Positions 40,074 to 49,505 are shown, counted from the first letter of the stretch. The stretch is 64,000 bases of DNA from Dehalococcoidia bacterium (GCA_965220655.1 CBDCQO010000011.1:39134-103133); one strand, 5' to 3'. A program made the numbers and translations. The notes: generated from the sequence alone by a model not told the origin.

Positions 40074-41168
40074 CTAGAGCCTGTAGAAACGTTTGGCGTT
40101 GCCTCCCAGGACTGCGGCCTTCTGGTCGTCCGAAAGCCCGTCGTCCTTGACGGTCTCCTCAATCTCGTCCATGGCCGACTTGAAGTCGACCTCGTGGGGG
40201 TAGTCGGACGAATAGGCGAAGGGCTCGATTCCCACTCTGCTCGCCAGGTAAGGGAGCGTGGGGTCTACGCCCTCACAGCCGATGAGGACATTGCCGCTGG
40301 CGAGGTACTCTTCCGCCGGACGAGGCGGCGCGCCCGAAAACTCAGCCGCCCGCTGGATCCTGTCCAGGGCGAGTGCTACCCAAGCACAGCCACCCTCCAG
40401 GAACGCGACGCGCATGTCCGGAAAGCGTTCGAAAACTTGGTCGTAGATGAAGGAGACGAACGCGTACAACAGCGGGACAGGGTGGTGAACGATACCAGAG
40501 GTTGTGAGGCTGGTGAACGAGTCGATGCCGATCCCAACGTTCGAGCCTCCATGGACGGCGAGGATACAGCCAAGGTCGGAGGCCTCCTGGTAGACGGGCC
40601 AGTAGTACTCGTGTCCCAGATGGAGGTCGAGACCTGTCGAAGGGAGCATCGCGCCTAACAGCCCCAACTCCTTGACGGCCCGCCGTAGTTCGAGCGCAGC
40701 GCGGGCAGGGTCCTGCATCGGGATCAGCGCGATGGGATGGATCCGGCTGTCGTACCTTTGGTAGCAGTCCGCAACGTAGTCGTTGTACCCACGGCACAGG
40801 CCGACGACGTAGTCCCTGTTTCTCAGTTTGCCGACTTGGAGTCCTTCGGTGGTGTAAACGACGGTCTCCGCCATGCCTGATTTGTCGAGCAGCGCCTGCC
40901 AGTCCTGGGCGGAACCCATCCGATGACCACTGGCATTGATCCGTTTGCGACGGGCGGTAGCATTGTCGCTGGGGGCGACGTTCGTGAAGTGCAGCCCGTC
41001 GAGCGTCCCGAAGAGGCTCGTCTTGCTCAGTTCAATGATTGTGCCGATGCCGCCTGTTCCGAGCGCTGTATCCCGGATCGGTGGATCGAGGAACTCTGCC
41101 ATCTCCTCGATCGACTCGATGATGTGTCCATCAGAGTCCACTATCGTCGGCGTGCTCTCGGTTGTCAT
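40074..41168 (-). CDS. Amidohydrolase family 2 protein
   Basis: DSDGH, AVHG, FLEGG, SSDYPH, GGNAKRFY. Confidence 0.9.
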   Translation of the reverse strand: MTTESTPTIVDSDGHIIESIEEMAEFLDPPIRDTALGTGGIGTIIELSKTSLFGTLDGLHFTNVAPSDNATARRKRINASGHRMGSAQDWQALLDKSGMAETVVYTTEGLQVGKLRNRDYVVGLCRGYNDYVADCYQRYDSRIHPIALIPMQDPARAALELRRAVKELGLLGAMLPSTGLDLHLGHEYYWPVYQEASDLGCILAVHGGSNVGIGIDSFTSLTTSGIVHHPVPLLYAFVSFIYDQVFERFPDMRVAFLEGGCAWVALALDRIQRAAEFSGAPPRPAEEYLASGNVLIGCEGVDPTLPYLASRVGIEPFAYSSDYPHEVDFKSAMDEIEETVKDDGLSDDQKAAVLGGNAKRFYRL

Positions 41169-41350
41169 TGGAACACCTCAGCCCTGATCGCTGTGCCCGT
41201 GGCGAATAGCGTTCGCACGGTAGCACTGTGATACGTTTACGTCAAACTTAAGGCTCATCATGCATGTGAATCGGTATTCACAGCCCAGAGATAACCGGAT
41301 AATGCCGCATCTTCACCGACGGCGAGACGAATCCCCTTGTTCTTGGCACT

Positions 41351-41665
41351 GTGACACCCGCCCCTTACGCGGTCGCCCCGCCATCACGTACGCTGGGATG
41401 CATGACCGCCGCGCACGCAGCACCCATAGACAGAATCTATTGCTCGGGCCGCAGATATAGACACGGTCTATGGCTCCGCTGCGAAAAAGCGTTTTCGATG
41501 AAATCTTGAGTGCCTTGTTGCCCTGAAGCCACGGGAAGCAGGCCGTGGCCACGGAAAACGCCCCGAACAAGATTTCAAGGCACTCAAATGAGGTGGGGGA
41601 TCTACTCGTAAGCGCGGAACAAGAACGTCACTTCAGAGGCCTCGATGAAATCTTGTTCGCGCCCT
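41351..41665 (+). repeat. Dispersed ~300-bp structured element, copy C
   Basis: Head 41351-41407; GGGAAGCAGGCCGTGGCC at 41533-41550; perfect stems 41506-41517/41576-41587 and 41565-41577/41646-41658. Confidence 0.75.
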
Positions 41666-41806
41666 CGACCACCCCGGAAGGAGCCGGTCTGCCTCTTCTC
41701 CTGTTGGAGAGGCGAGGGAGAAGGTGCAGAGGTTGGCGAACGAGACGCATCTGCGATAGCATCCGCCGAGCAGGACGCGGCCGGCGCGGGCCGCGAGGGA
41801 GGCTCT

Positions 41807-42286
41807 ATGACCACGACTCCAGTCAGGCAGACCGTCACGGTCACCGTCAACGGCCAGGAATACACCCGCGAGGTGCCCACTTACCGCACCCTCGTCGACT
41901 TCATCCGCTACGACCTCGGCCTCACCGGCACGAAGGAAGCGTGCAGCGTCGGCGTCTGCGGCGCATGCACCATCGAGCTGGACGGCCGGATCGCCGCATC
42001 GTGCATCACGCTCGCCGTGCGGGCCGACGGCGCGAACATCACCACCATCGAGGGCGTCGCCGACGGCGACACGCTCCACCCCGTGCAGGAGGCGTTCATC
42101 AACCACGGCGGCTTCCAGTGCGGCGCATGCACCCCCGGCCAAATCATGGCCGCCAAGGCGCTGCTGGAGCACAACTCCAGCCCCACTGAGGCAGAGATCA
42201 AGGAATGGATGATGGGGAACCTCTGCCGCTGCACCGGCTACTACCAGATCATCGAGTCCATTCAGGCCGCTGCGGAGGCGAAGTAG
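41807..42286 (+). CDS. Xanthine dehydrogenase family (2Fe-2S) subunit
   Basis: CSVGVCGACT, QCGACTPG, GNLCRCTGY. Confidence 0.92.
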   Translation: MTTTPVRQTVTVTVNGQEYTREVPTYRTLVDFIRYDLGLTGTKEACSVGVCGACTIELDGRIAASCITLAVRADGANITTIEGVADGDTLHPVQEAFINHGGFQCGACTPGQIMAAKALLEHNSSPTEAEIKEWMMGNLCRCTGYYQIIESIQAAAEAK

Positions 42287-42288
42287 CC

Positions 42289-43146
42289 ATGCACGACTTC
42301 ACCTTCCATGCACCCGATTCCCTCTCCGGCGCCCTCGAACTGCTCGCCGAGCACGACGGCGACGCCAAGCTGCTCGCGGGCGGCACGTCGCTCACGACGC
42401 TCCTGAAGCAGTCGCTCATCGCGCCCGACCACATCGTCAGCCTGCACCGCGTGCCCGGCCTCGACTCCATCGAGGCGTCCGGCGGCGAGCTCCGCATCGG
42501 CGGGCTCACCACCCAGCGCGACATGGAGACGTCCGCCGTCGTGAAGGAGCACGCGCCCCTGCTGGCCGAGGCGTACCGCCGCGTCGCCACCGTCCGCATC
42601 AGGAACGTCGCCACGGTCGGCGGCGGCATCGCCCAGGCCGACCCGGCGATGGACCCGCCCCCGTCGCTCCTCATCCTCGGCGCGAGCGTCGTCGCCACTT
42701 CAGCCCGCGGCGAGCGCGTCATCCCCATCGGGGAGGTCTACGCCGACTACTACGAGACGACGCTGGAGCCGGACGAGATCGTGACGGAGCTGCGCGTCCC
42801 CGCCCAGCCTTCCGGCGCAGGTTGGACGTACATCAAGTACCTGCCCCGCACCGAGGACGACTACGCCACCGTCTCCGTCGCCGCGATCGGCAGCGTCGAG
42901 GGCGGCAGCATCGCCGACGTGCGCGTAGCGCTCGGGGCGGTCGCGCCGACCGCGGTGCGCGCCTCGGTCGTCGAGGAGGCGCTGGTTGGCCAGACCCCAA
43001 CGCTCGACGCGCTGCGCGAGGCGTCACAGGCGGTCGCCGACATCGTCGACCCGACCGACGATCCGCGCGGCTCCGCGTGGTACAAGCGGGACATGTCCGT
43101 CGTCTTCACCCGCCGTGCGCTGGAGCAGGTGCTCGGCGTCTCGTAA
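42289..43146 (+). CDS. Xanthine dehydrogenase family FAD subunit
   Basis: LAGGTSL, IRNVATVGG..ADP, RGSAWYK. Confidence 0.9.
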   Translation: MHDFTFHAPDSLSGALELLAEHDGDAKLLAGGTSLTTLLKQSLIAPDHIVSLHRVPGLDSIEASGGELRIGGLTTQRDMETSAVVKEHAPLLAEAYRRVATVRIRNVATVGGGIAQADPAMDPPPSLLILGASVVATSARGERVIPIGEVYADYYETTLEPDEIVTELRVPAQPSGAGWTYIKYLPRTEDDYATVSVAAIGSVEGGSIADVRVALGAVAPTAVRASVVEEALVGQTPTLDALREASQAVADIVDPTDDPRGSAWYKRDMSVVFTRRALEQVLGVS

Positions 43147-43156
43147 GTCCCCCTCT

Positions 43157-44101
43157 CTACCACCAGTGCACCTCGTCGAGCGCCTCGGCGTCCGCGCCGG
43201 TGGCGTCCCATGGCCGCGACGGCAGGTACTTCCACGCCCCGTCCGAGAACATCATGACGATGTTCCCGCTCTCCATCCCCTCCGCGACGCGCAGTGCTGA
43301 GTGCAGCGCCGCGCCGGACGATACCCCGGCGAAGACGCCCTCGGCCCGCATCACGTCCCGCGCCGCCGCGATGGCGCTCGCGCTGTCGACAAGGAAGCGC
43401 CGGTTCAGCAGGCCGAGGTCGAGCAGCGGCGGGATATAGCCTTCCGACAGGCTGCGCAGCCCCTGCAACCGCTCGCCGAGCCTCGGCTCGACGCCCACGA
43501 TCTGCACGTCCGGCCACCGCTCCCGCAGGCGTCGCGCAACCCCGGTGATCGTGCCGCCCGTGCCGATGCCGGCGACGAACACGTCCGCATCGGCCTCTCC
43601 CATCGCCCGAGCGATCTCCTCGCCCGTCGTGGCGTAGTGGCAGCGGACGTTGGCCGGGTCGCTGAACTGGCCGACCGCGTAGTAGCCCGGTTGCTCTGCC
43701 AGCTCCTGCACCCTTCTGATGGCGCCGCGCATCCCGGCCTCCGGCTCGCACCATTCGATCTCCGCGCCGTAGAGGTCCAGGATGTCCGCGATGCTGGGAA
43801 CGATGCCCCGCGGCAGCACGACGCGGACTCGGTAGCCCCGGCGCGGCGCGAGCGCCGCCAGCGCGATGGCCGTGTTCCCGGTGCTCGCCTCCACCAGCGT
43901 CGAACCGGGCTTGAGCGCGCCGCTCTCCTCTGCCGCGTCCAGCATCGCCACCGCTATCCGGTCCTTCACGCTGCCGCTGGGGTTCTGTCCTTCCAGCTTG
44001 GCGAAGAGCCGCACGCCGGGGCGGGGGCTGAGGTTGCGCAGCTCGATGAGCGGCGTGCTCCCCACGAGTGCAGCCAGCGTTCTCTGCCCATCCTGCGCCA
44101 T
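43157..44101 (-). CDS. PLP-dependent cysteine synthase (CysM-like)
   Basis: AKLEGQNPSGSVKDR, ASTGNT, GIGTGGT, GVSSGA. Confidence 0.92.
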   Translation of the reverse strand: MAQDGQRTLAALVGSTPLIELRNLSPRPGVRLFAKLEGQNPSGSVKDRIAVAMLDAAEESGALKPGSTLVEASTGNTAIALAALAPRRGYRVRVVLPRGIVPSIADILDLYGAEIEWCEPEAGMRGAIRRVQELAEQPGYYAVGQFSDPANVRCHYATTGEEIARAMGEADADVFVAGIGTGGTITGVARRLRERWPDVQIVGVEPRLGERLQGLRSLSEGYIPPLLDLGLLNRRFLVDSASAIAAARDVMRAEGVFAGVSSGAALHSALRVAEGMESGNIVMMFSDGAWKYLPSRPWDATGADAEALDEVHWW

Positions 44102-44161
44102 GCGTCGATTCTATCGCGGCGTGTGGGAGGACGATGCGCGCTACCCCGCAGCCGGGAGCCG

Positions 44162-44189
44162 TTGACTCGCCTCCGACGCCTGCTAGAAT
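44162..44189 (+). promoter_or_regulatory. Sigma70-like promoter for the trk cluster
   Basis: TTGACT-N16-TAGAAT; a divergent TAGAAT box lies 6 nt before the cysteine synthase ATG. Confidence 0.55.
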
Positions 44190-44271
44190 TTCCTGTGCCG
44201 TTCTGCAAACGGCTGGAGTTCGCTACGCACACCTCCAACCCAGTCTCCTCGGCGCTCATCGAGGACTTGAG

Positions 44272-45732
44272 ATGAGACGCAACAACTGGCGTCTCCGTCC
44301 GGGCGACCGTGTCGTCAGGCGCCCCCGCCAGAGAGAGACCGCGCCCGTGCGCATCCGCACGCAGGGGAGGCGGCGGCGCTTCACCCTACCCTCATCGTCC
44401 TCGGCGCTGCTGACGCTCGCCGGAGGATTCGCAGCCCTCATCCTGGCAGGCACCGCAATCCTCATGCTGCCGTTCGCGGCAGCCGGGCCGGAGAGCGCCG
44501 GTTTCGTTACCGCACTCTTCACCGCCACTTCCGCCGTATGCGTCACCGGCCTGGTCGTCGTCTCGAGCGGCGACTACTGGAGCGTGTTCGGGCAGGTCAT
44601 CATCGCCGCGCTCATGCTCATGGGCGGGCTGGGCATCATGAGCGCGGGCGTCGTCGTCCTCGCGGTGCTGGGGAGGCGAGTCACGCTGAACCAGCGGCTC
44701 CTCGTGCGGGAGACGATGGGAGGCGAGGCGCTGGGCAGCGCGGTCCGGCTCGTGCGCTACATCATCTGCTTCGCACTGGGAGCGCAGCTCGTCACGTTCC
44801 TGTTGCTGTTCGTCCGGCTCGTGTTCAAGTACCCGGCCATCGAGGCGTTCTGGCAGAGCCTCTTCCATAGCATCTCCGCGTTCAACAACGCAGGTTTCAC
44901 CATCTTCCCTGACTCCAACAGCCTGTCTGCCTTCCAGTCCGATCCCGCCGTGCTCTGGACCATCGGCCTGAGCATCCTTCTCGGTGCGATGAGCTATCCC
45001 GTGATGAACGAACTGGCGCGGCGCAAGGGATTCAGCCGATGGACGCTGGACACGCGCTTGGTCGTGCTCGGAACGCTTGGCCTGTGGGCCACGGGCGCCG
45101 TCACGGTGCTCCTCTTCGAGGTCACGAACCCTCTGACGCTCGGCGGCATGAGCCTGGGAGACAAGATCAGCAACGGCGCGTTCCAGGCGTTCACATCGCG
45201 CACCGCAGGCTTCAGCTCCGTCGACTTCGGCCATGTCGAGGCCGGTACGAGCTACCTCTACATGATGATGATGTTCGTCGGCGGGGCGTCCGGGTCGGTG
45301 GCGGGAGGCATCAAGGTCAACACGGCGATGGTCATCATCGTGGCGACCATCGCGGCGGTGCGAGGGCGACCCAACGTCGAGTTTGCGAGGCGTGAGATCG
45401 CATACTCCCAGGTGAGCCGCGCGCTGGGCGTGCTCGTGCTGGGAGTGGTCGGCGTATCGATGTTCATCATCGCGCTCATGGTCTCCGAGCGGTCGAACCT
45501 CGAAGCAGGAACCTTCGAGTTCGGCGACACGATGTTCGAGACGATGTCCGCCTTCGGCACCGTGGGGTTGTCGCACGGGATAACACCCGACCTCTCCACG
45601 CCCGGAAAGCTCATCATCACGCTGGCGATGTACGTCGGGCGGCTGGGTCCGCTGACAATCGCGCTCGGACTGGCGCTTCGCCAACGCCGGGCGCTGTACC
45701 GATACGCAGAGGAACGCGTTAGAATCGGTTGA
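44272..45732 (+). CDS. TrkH/KtrB potassium uptake membrane subunit
   Basis: Four pore loops: SAVCVTGL, AFNNAGF, SRTAGF, AFGTVGL; MYVGRLGP. Confidence 0.94.
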   Translation: MRRNNWRLRPGDRVVRRPRQRETAPVRIRTQGRRRRFTLPSSSSALLTLAGGFAALILAGTAILMLPFAAAGPESAGFVTALFTATSAVCVTGLVVVSSGDYWSVFGQVIIAALMLMGGLGIMSAGVVVLAVLGRRVTLNQRLLVRETMGGEALGSAVRLVRYIICFALGAQLVTFLLLFVRLVFKYPAIEAFWQSLFHSISAFNNAGFTIFPDSNSLSAFQSDPAVLWTIGLSILLGAMSYPVMNELARRKGFSRWTLDTRLVVLGTLGLWATGAVTVLLFEVTNPLTLGGMSLGDKISNGAFQAFTSRTAGFSSVDFGHVEAGTSYLYMMMMFVGGASGSVAGGIKVNTAMVIIVATIAAVRGRPNVEFARREIAYSQVSRALGVLVLGVVGVSMFIIALMVSERSNLEAGTFEFGDTMFETMSAFGTVGLSHGITPDLSTPGKLIITLAMYVGRLGPLTIALGLALRQRRALYRYAEERVRIG

Positions 45733-45742
45733 GAGGTACGCT

Positions 45743-46405
45743 ATGGCTCACCAGGTAGCCGTCATCGGCATGGGCAGGTTCGGTATAAGCCTGGCACATG
45801 AACTGTACCGCATCGGTCACGACGTGCTTGCCGTTGACCGCGACGAATCGCTCACCCAGATGATGATGGGGCAGGTGACCTATTCCGTCACGGGCGACTC
45901 CACCTCCATGGAGTTCCTGGAGGAAGTGGGCATCCGCAACTTCGACACCGCCGCCGTCGCCATCGGCACGGACATCCAGTCGAGCGTCCTCACCACCGTT
46001 CTCCTGAAGCAGACCTTCGAAGTACCCCAGGTGATGGCGCGCGCCATCAGCGATATCCATGGCAAGACGCTCTCAGCGGTGGGAGCGGACCGCGTCGTGT
46101 ACCCCGAGCAGGAGACCGGAGTGCGTTCAGCGCACAGCCTCTTCCAGCGCGATGTGCTGGAGTACATGGAACTCGCCGGCGGCTTCGGGTTCAGCAAGGT
46201 GAACGTACCCACGGAGATGACCGGCCTGTCGCTGGAGCGGGCAGGGCTGAGCACGGCTCGCGACAAGTACGGCGCGGCGGTCGTCGCCATACGCAGGGGG
46301 CGCGAACCCATCCTCTCGCCATCCAAGGACGAGGTGTTGCAGGAAGGTGACCTGCTCATCCTCGCAGGCAGGGAAGACACGCTCGAACGTTTCGGGCTTC
46401 AGTAA
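45743..46405 (+). CDS. TrkA/KtrA RCK regulatory subunit
   Basis: IGMGRFG, VVYPE, TrkA_C domain. Confidence 0.92.
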   Translation: MAHQVAVIGMGRFGISLAHELYRIGHDVLAVDRDESLTQMMMGQVTYSVTGDSTSMEFLEEVGIRNFDTAAVAIGTDIQSSVLTTVLLKQTFEVPQVMARAISDIHGKTLSAVGADRVVYPEQETGVRSAHSLFQRDVLEYMELAGGFGFSKVNVPTEMTGLSLERAGLSTARDKYGAAVVAIRRGREPILSPSKDEVLQEGDLLILAGREDTLERFGLQ

Positions 46406-46408
46406 GGC

Positions 46409-46861
46409 ATGGCAAAGATCGAACGCGCCCTCGCTCTCGTCACCGGCACTTCGATGGACAAGACCGTCGTCTCCATCGCATGCGACCTCGTGCGTCCTTA
46501 CAAGGGACAGGTCTGGGCGCTCTACGTCATCGAAGTCGGACGGAAACTGCCACTGGACGCGGAGTTGCCGAACGAGACCGCGCGCGGCGAACATCTGCTG
46601 CAGCGCATGGAGGCGTTCGGCAAGACGCTCAAGTGCAAGGTGGAGGGCGACATCCTGCAGGCCAGGGACACGGGGGCAGCCATCGTGCGGGAAGCGGCCG
46701 ACCGCCAGACCGACGTCATCGTCGCAGGCATGCCCTACACCGAACACTACGGCAGCCCATCGCTCGGCGACATGGTGCCTTACGTGCTGCGTCACAGCCA
46801 CTGCCGGGTCGTCGTCTACCGGGAGCAGCAGCCCGAGCCAATTCCGGATGGCTCCTCATGA
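46409..46861 (+). CDS. Universal stress protein
   Basis: YVIEV, QARDTGAAIV, LG..V.YVLRHSHCRV. Confidence 0.85.
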   Translation: MAKIERALALVTGTSMDKTVVSIACDLVRPYKGQVWALYVIEVGRKLPLDAELPNETARGEHLLQRMEAFGKTLKCKVEGDILQARDTGAAIVREAADRQTDVIVAGMPYTEHYGSPSLGDMVPYVLRHSHCRVVVYREQQPEPIPDGSS

Positions 46862-47262
46862 CGCGCCACGTGATGATCGTCGGCTGTGGCAGGCTTGGGG
46901 CGACCGCTGCGAATGCGCTGCTCGACCGGGGCGACCGCGTCACGATACTCGATACGGACGCCGAGAACTTCCGGCGCCTGCGCCCCCGCGTCCGGCTCAG
47001 CATGTACGTCGGCGACGGCACATCCCACGAAGTGCTGCGGCGCACCGGCATCGAGTCCGTAGGAGCGTTCATCGCCGCCACGGGGCGGGACACGACCAAC
47101 GCGCTCGCGGCGCAATCGGCCCGGACCACGTTCGGCATCGAGCACGTCGTGTGCCGCATCAACGATCCGACCAGGAGCGAGATGTACGAGCGGCTGGGGC
47201 TCACCACTGTGAACCCGAACCAGTTGCTCATCGAACTTGTATTGGACGCGATGGAGCAGTAG
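46858..47262 (+). CDS. TrkA_N-only protein
   Basis: IVGCGRLG, GDGT, DTTN; 134 aa, no C-terminal domain. Confidence 0.85.
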   Translation: MTRHVMIVGCGRLGATAANALLDRGDRVTILDTDAENFRRLRPRVRLSMYVGDGTSHEVLRRTGIESVGAFIAATGRDTTNALAAQSARTTFGIEHVVCRINDPTRSEMYERLGLTTVNPNQLLIELVLDAMEQ

Positions 47263-47265
47263 CGG

Positions 47266-47937
47266 ATGTACGTCATCGTCGTCGGCGCAGGCAAGATAGG
47301 CTTCTACCTCACCCGCGAGCTTCTCGCCGCGAGTCACGAGGTTGCGCTCATCGAACGTGATGCCTATGTGAGCGCCAACGCGGCGGAAGAGTTCGGCTCC
47401 ATCCTCATCACCAGCGACGGCACCGAGCCCACCGTGCTCGGCGAGGCCGGAGCGGAACGGTGCGACATCCTCATATCCACAACCGGCCAGGATGCGACGA
47501 ACCTGACCGCATGCCAGGTGGCCAAGTACTCGTTCAACGTCCCCAAGACGATGGCCGTGGTCACCGACCCCGATCACGTGCCGCTCTTCCGTGCGCTGGG
47601 TGTCGACGTAACGATCAGCACCACCGAACTCATCCTCTCGCACGTTGAAGAGGAGCTCACCGGCGGGCCGTTCGTCCACGTACTCCCTCTCCGTGGGGCA
47701 GCGAGCGGCATCGTCTCCATGCGCGTGCCGAGCGGGTCTCCGGTGGTAGGTCAGCCTGTATCCCGCATCAAACTGCCGCAGGGCACGCTGCTGACCGCGG
47801 TGATCCACAAGAACGGCGAACTCAAGCCTGCCGTCAACGACCCTGAATTGGCAGCCGACGATGCCATCGTCGCCATCACTCCGCCGGAGAAGGAAGACGA
47901 GCTGTGGCACGCGCTCACCGGGGAGGCGTGGCGATGA
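47266..47937 (+). CDS. TrkA family protein
   Basis: VVGAGKIG, DATNL.ACQVAK, TrkA_C domain. Confidence 0.9.
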   Translation: MYVIVVGAGKIGFYLTRELLAASHEVALIERDAYVSANAAEEFGSILITSDGTEPTVLGEAGAERCDILISTTGQDATNLTACQVAKYSFNVPKTMAVVTDPDHVPLFRALGVDVTISTTELILSHVEEELTGGPFVHVLPLRGAASGIVSMRVPSGSPVVGQPVSRIKLPQGTLLTAVIHKNGELKPAVNDPELAADDAIVAITPPEKEDELWHALTGEAWR

Positions 47938-49085
47938 AGATCGCTTACCTCGGGCCGCAGGGCACGTTCTCTGAGCAGGCTGCGCTCGACTATGCGCGCC
48001 ACGACGCGGAGTTCATCGCGTACCCTTCGATCACCGCGTCGGCGATGGCCGTCCTGCACGGCAAGGCCGACGAGGCCGTCTGCCCCATTGAGAACAGCTA
48101 CCAGGGCGCAGTCACCGACACGCTCGACGTATTGCTGCACGAGGAAGGGCTGCACATCCGCCAGGAATTGACCCTGGACATCGTGCACAACCTGATGGTG
48201 AAGCCCGGCGTCGTGCTGGCTGCGGTGAAGCGCGTGTACTCTCACCCACAGGCGCTCGGCCAATGCCGCAGGTACCTGGAGCAGCACCTGCCGGATGCGG
48301 AACTCGCGGCATCGCTCAGCACTGCCGAGGCGGTCGAACGGGCGATCGCCTCGGACGTGCCCTCGGCCGCCATCGCGCCGAGCCGGTCCGCGGAACTCTA
48401 CGGCGCTCAGATACTCGCGCCCGGTATCCAGGACGACGACAACAACGTCACCCGGTTCGTCGTGCTCGGCAAGAGCGATCACCCGCGCACCGGCAACGAC
48501 CTCACCTCGGTAGCGATGGAGTTCTCAGAGGACAAACCCGGCCAGCTGTTCGGCGTGCTCAAGGCGTTCGCGGAGCGCAGCATCAACCTCACCAAGATCG
48601 AGTCGCGCCCGACCCGGCTGGGACTGGGCAAGTACTACTTCCTCCTAGACATCGAGGGGCACGAGGACGATTCAACACTGGCGGAAGCACTCAGCCAAGT
48701 GGAACAGCTAACTTCACGAATAATTCGATTCGGCTCCTACCCCCGCGCGGGCATCGAAGCTTACCTCACGGAATCAGTGCAACATATCGCGACGCAACGT
48801 GGTTATCGCCCACAATTGGATGCACTGCGATCAGGGAGGCGCATCGATTTGCTTCTGCAATCCGAAGAAGGCGAGATTGGCGTAGAAATTCGTGCAACCT
48901 CTTCCATCGACGGCATCGCAGGAATGACCGCGGCCTTTCGCGACGCCGGGCTGGCACAGGCGATCTTCGTGTTCGCGGACCCTACGGTGGCAGAGAGAGC
49001 GCGCACCGCAGCCGCAGGGTGGCCGGAGGAACTCGCCGCTACGGCTGTCTTCACGACCGCCGAGCACATCGGCGAGCTGTTGTAG
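47934..49085 (+). CDS. pheA: Prephenate dehydratase with extra C-terminal domain
   Basis: AYLGPQGTFS, PIENS, SHPQALGQC, NVTRF, NLTKIESRP, GSYP, then about 110 extra residues. Confidence 0.92.
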   Translation: MKIAYLGPQGTFSEQAALDYARHDAEFIAYPSITASAMAVLHGKADEAVCPIENSYQGAVTDTLDVLLHEEGLHIRQELTLDIVHNLMVKPGVVLAAVKRVYSHPQALGQCRRYLEQHLPDAELAASLSTAEAVERAIASDVPSAAIAPSRSAELYGAQILAPGIQDDDNNVTRFVVLGKSDHPRTGNDLTSVAMEFSEDKPGQLFGVLKAFAERSINLTKIESRPTRLGLGKYYFLLDIEGHEDDSTLAEALSQVEQLTSRIIRFGSYPRAGIEAYLTESVQHIATQRGYRPQLDALRSGRRIDLLLQSEEGEIGVEIRATSSIDGIAGMTAAFRDAGLAQAIFVFADPTVAERARTAAAGWPEELAATAVFTTAEHIGELL

Positions 49086-49094
49086 CCGCCGACG

Positions 49095-49406
49095 CTACTT
49101 CGTCTTACCGCGCAACCCGCCTACGAAGTTGATCAGTATGCCCAGTCCGTTTGCGAGCGACGCAGTACTTCCCTCCGCGGATGGGGAAGACATGTATTTC
49201 AATGCAGCCCCGGACGCTCTGTTGACGTTGTCCAACGTATCGTTGACGTTATCGACCGTCCTGGTCATTGAGCCAAGCAGGCGCCGGACTGCCCTGAGCA
49301 GCATGAAGGCTGCTACCAGCAGAACGAGCAGGACAAGGATCCCCACCACGAGGTAGGCGCTGACGAGGATGTCGCGTATCAGCGTTACCGTTTCTTGGTC
49401 AAACAA
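49095..49406 (-). CDS. Hypothetical single-TM protein
   Basis: N-terminal TM plus coiled-coil-like segment; TTG start after GGAG. Confidence 0.65.
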   Translation of the reverse strand: MFDQETVTLIRDILVSAYLVVGILVLLVLLVAAFMLLRAVRRLLGSMTRTVDNVNDTLDNVNRASGAALKYMSSPSAEGSTASLANGLGILINFVGGLRGKTK

Positions 49407-49505
49407 GGTTCTTCTCCCTGCCTCTGCGGGCTGCCCGGTCGCTGCGCGTCTTCGCGCACGGATGCGTCATTCTACCGTTGCCTGCCGCTCCTCCGCACCG
49501 CCAGG

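Noticed and set aside
41402-41530. Short ORFs starting at the element's ATGACC (MTAAHAAPIDRIY.. / MTVPPAAPIDRVY..)
   Set aside because: Similarity between copies C and D lasts about 13 codons and is explained by shared palindromic DNA (ATAGAC..CTAT); frames then diverge, so they are not called as CDS
44190-44271. c-di-AMP riboswitch upstream of the trk genes
   Set aside because: The leader is short and I could not see the ydaO consensus
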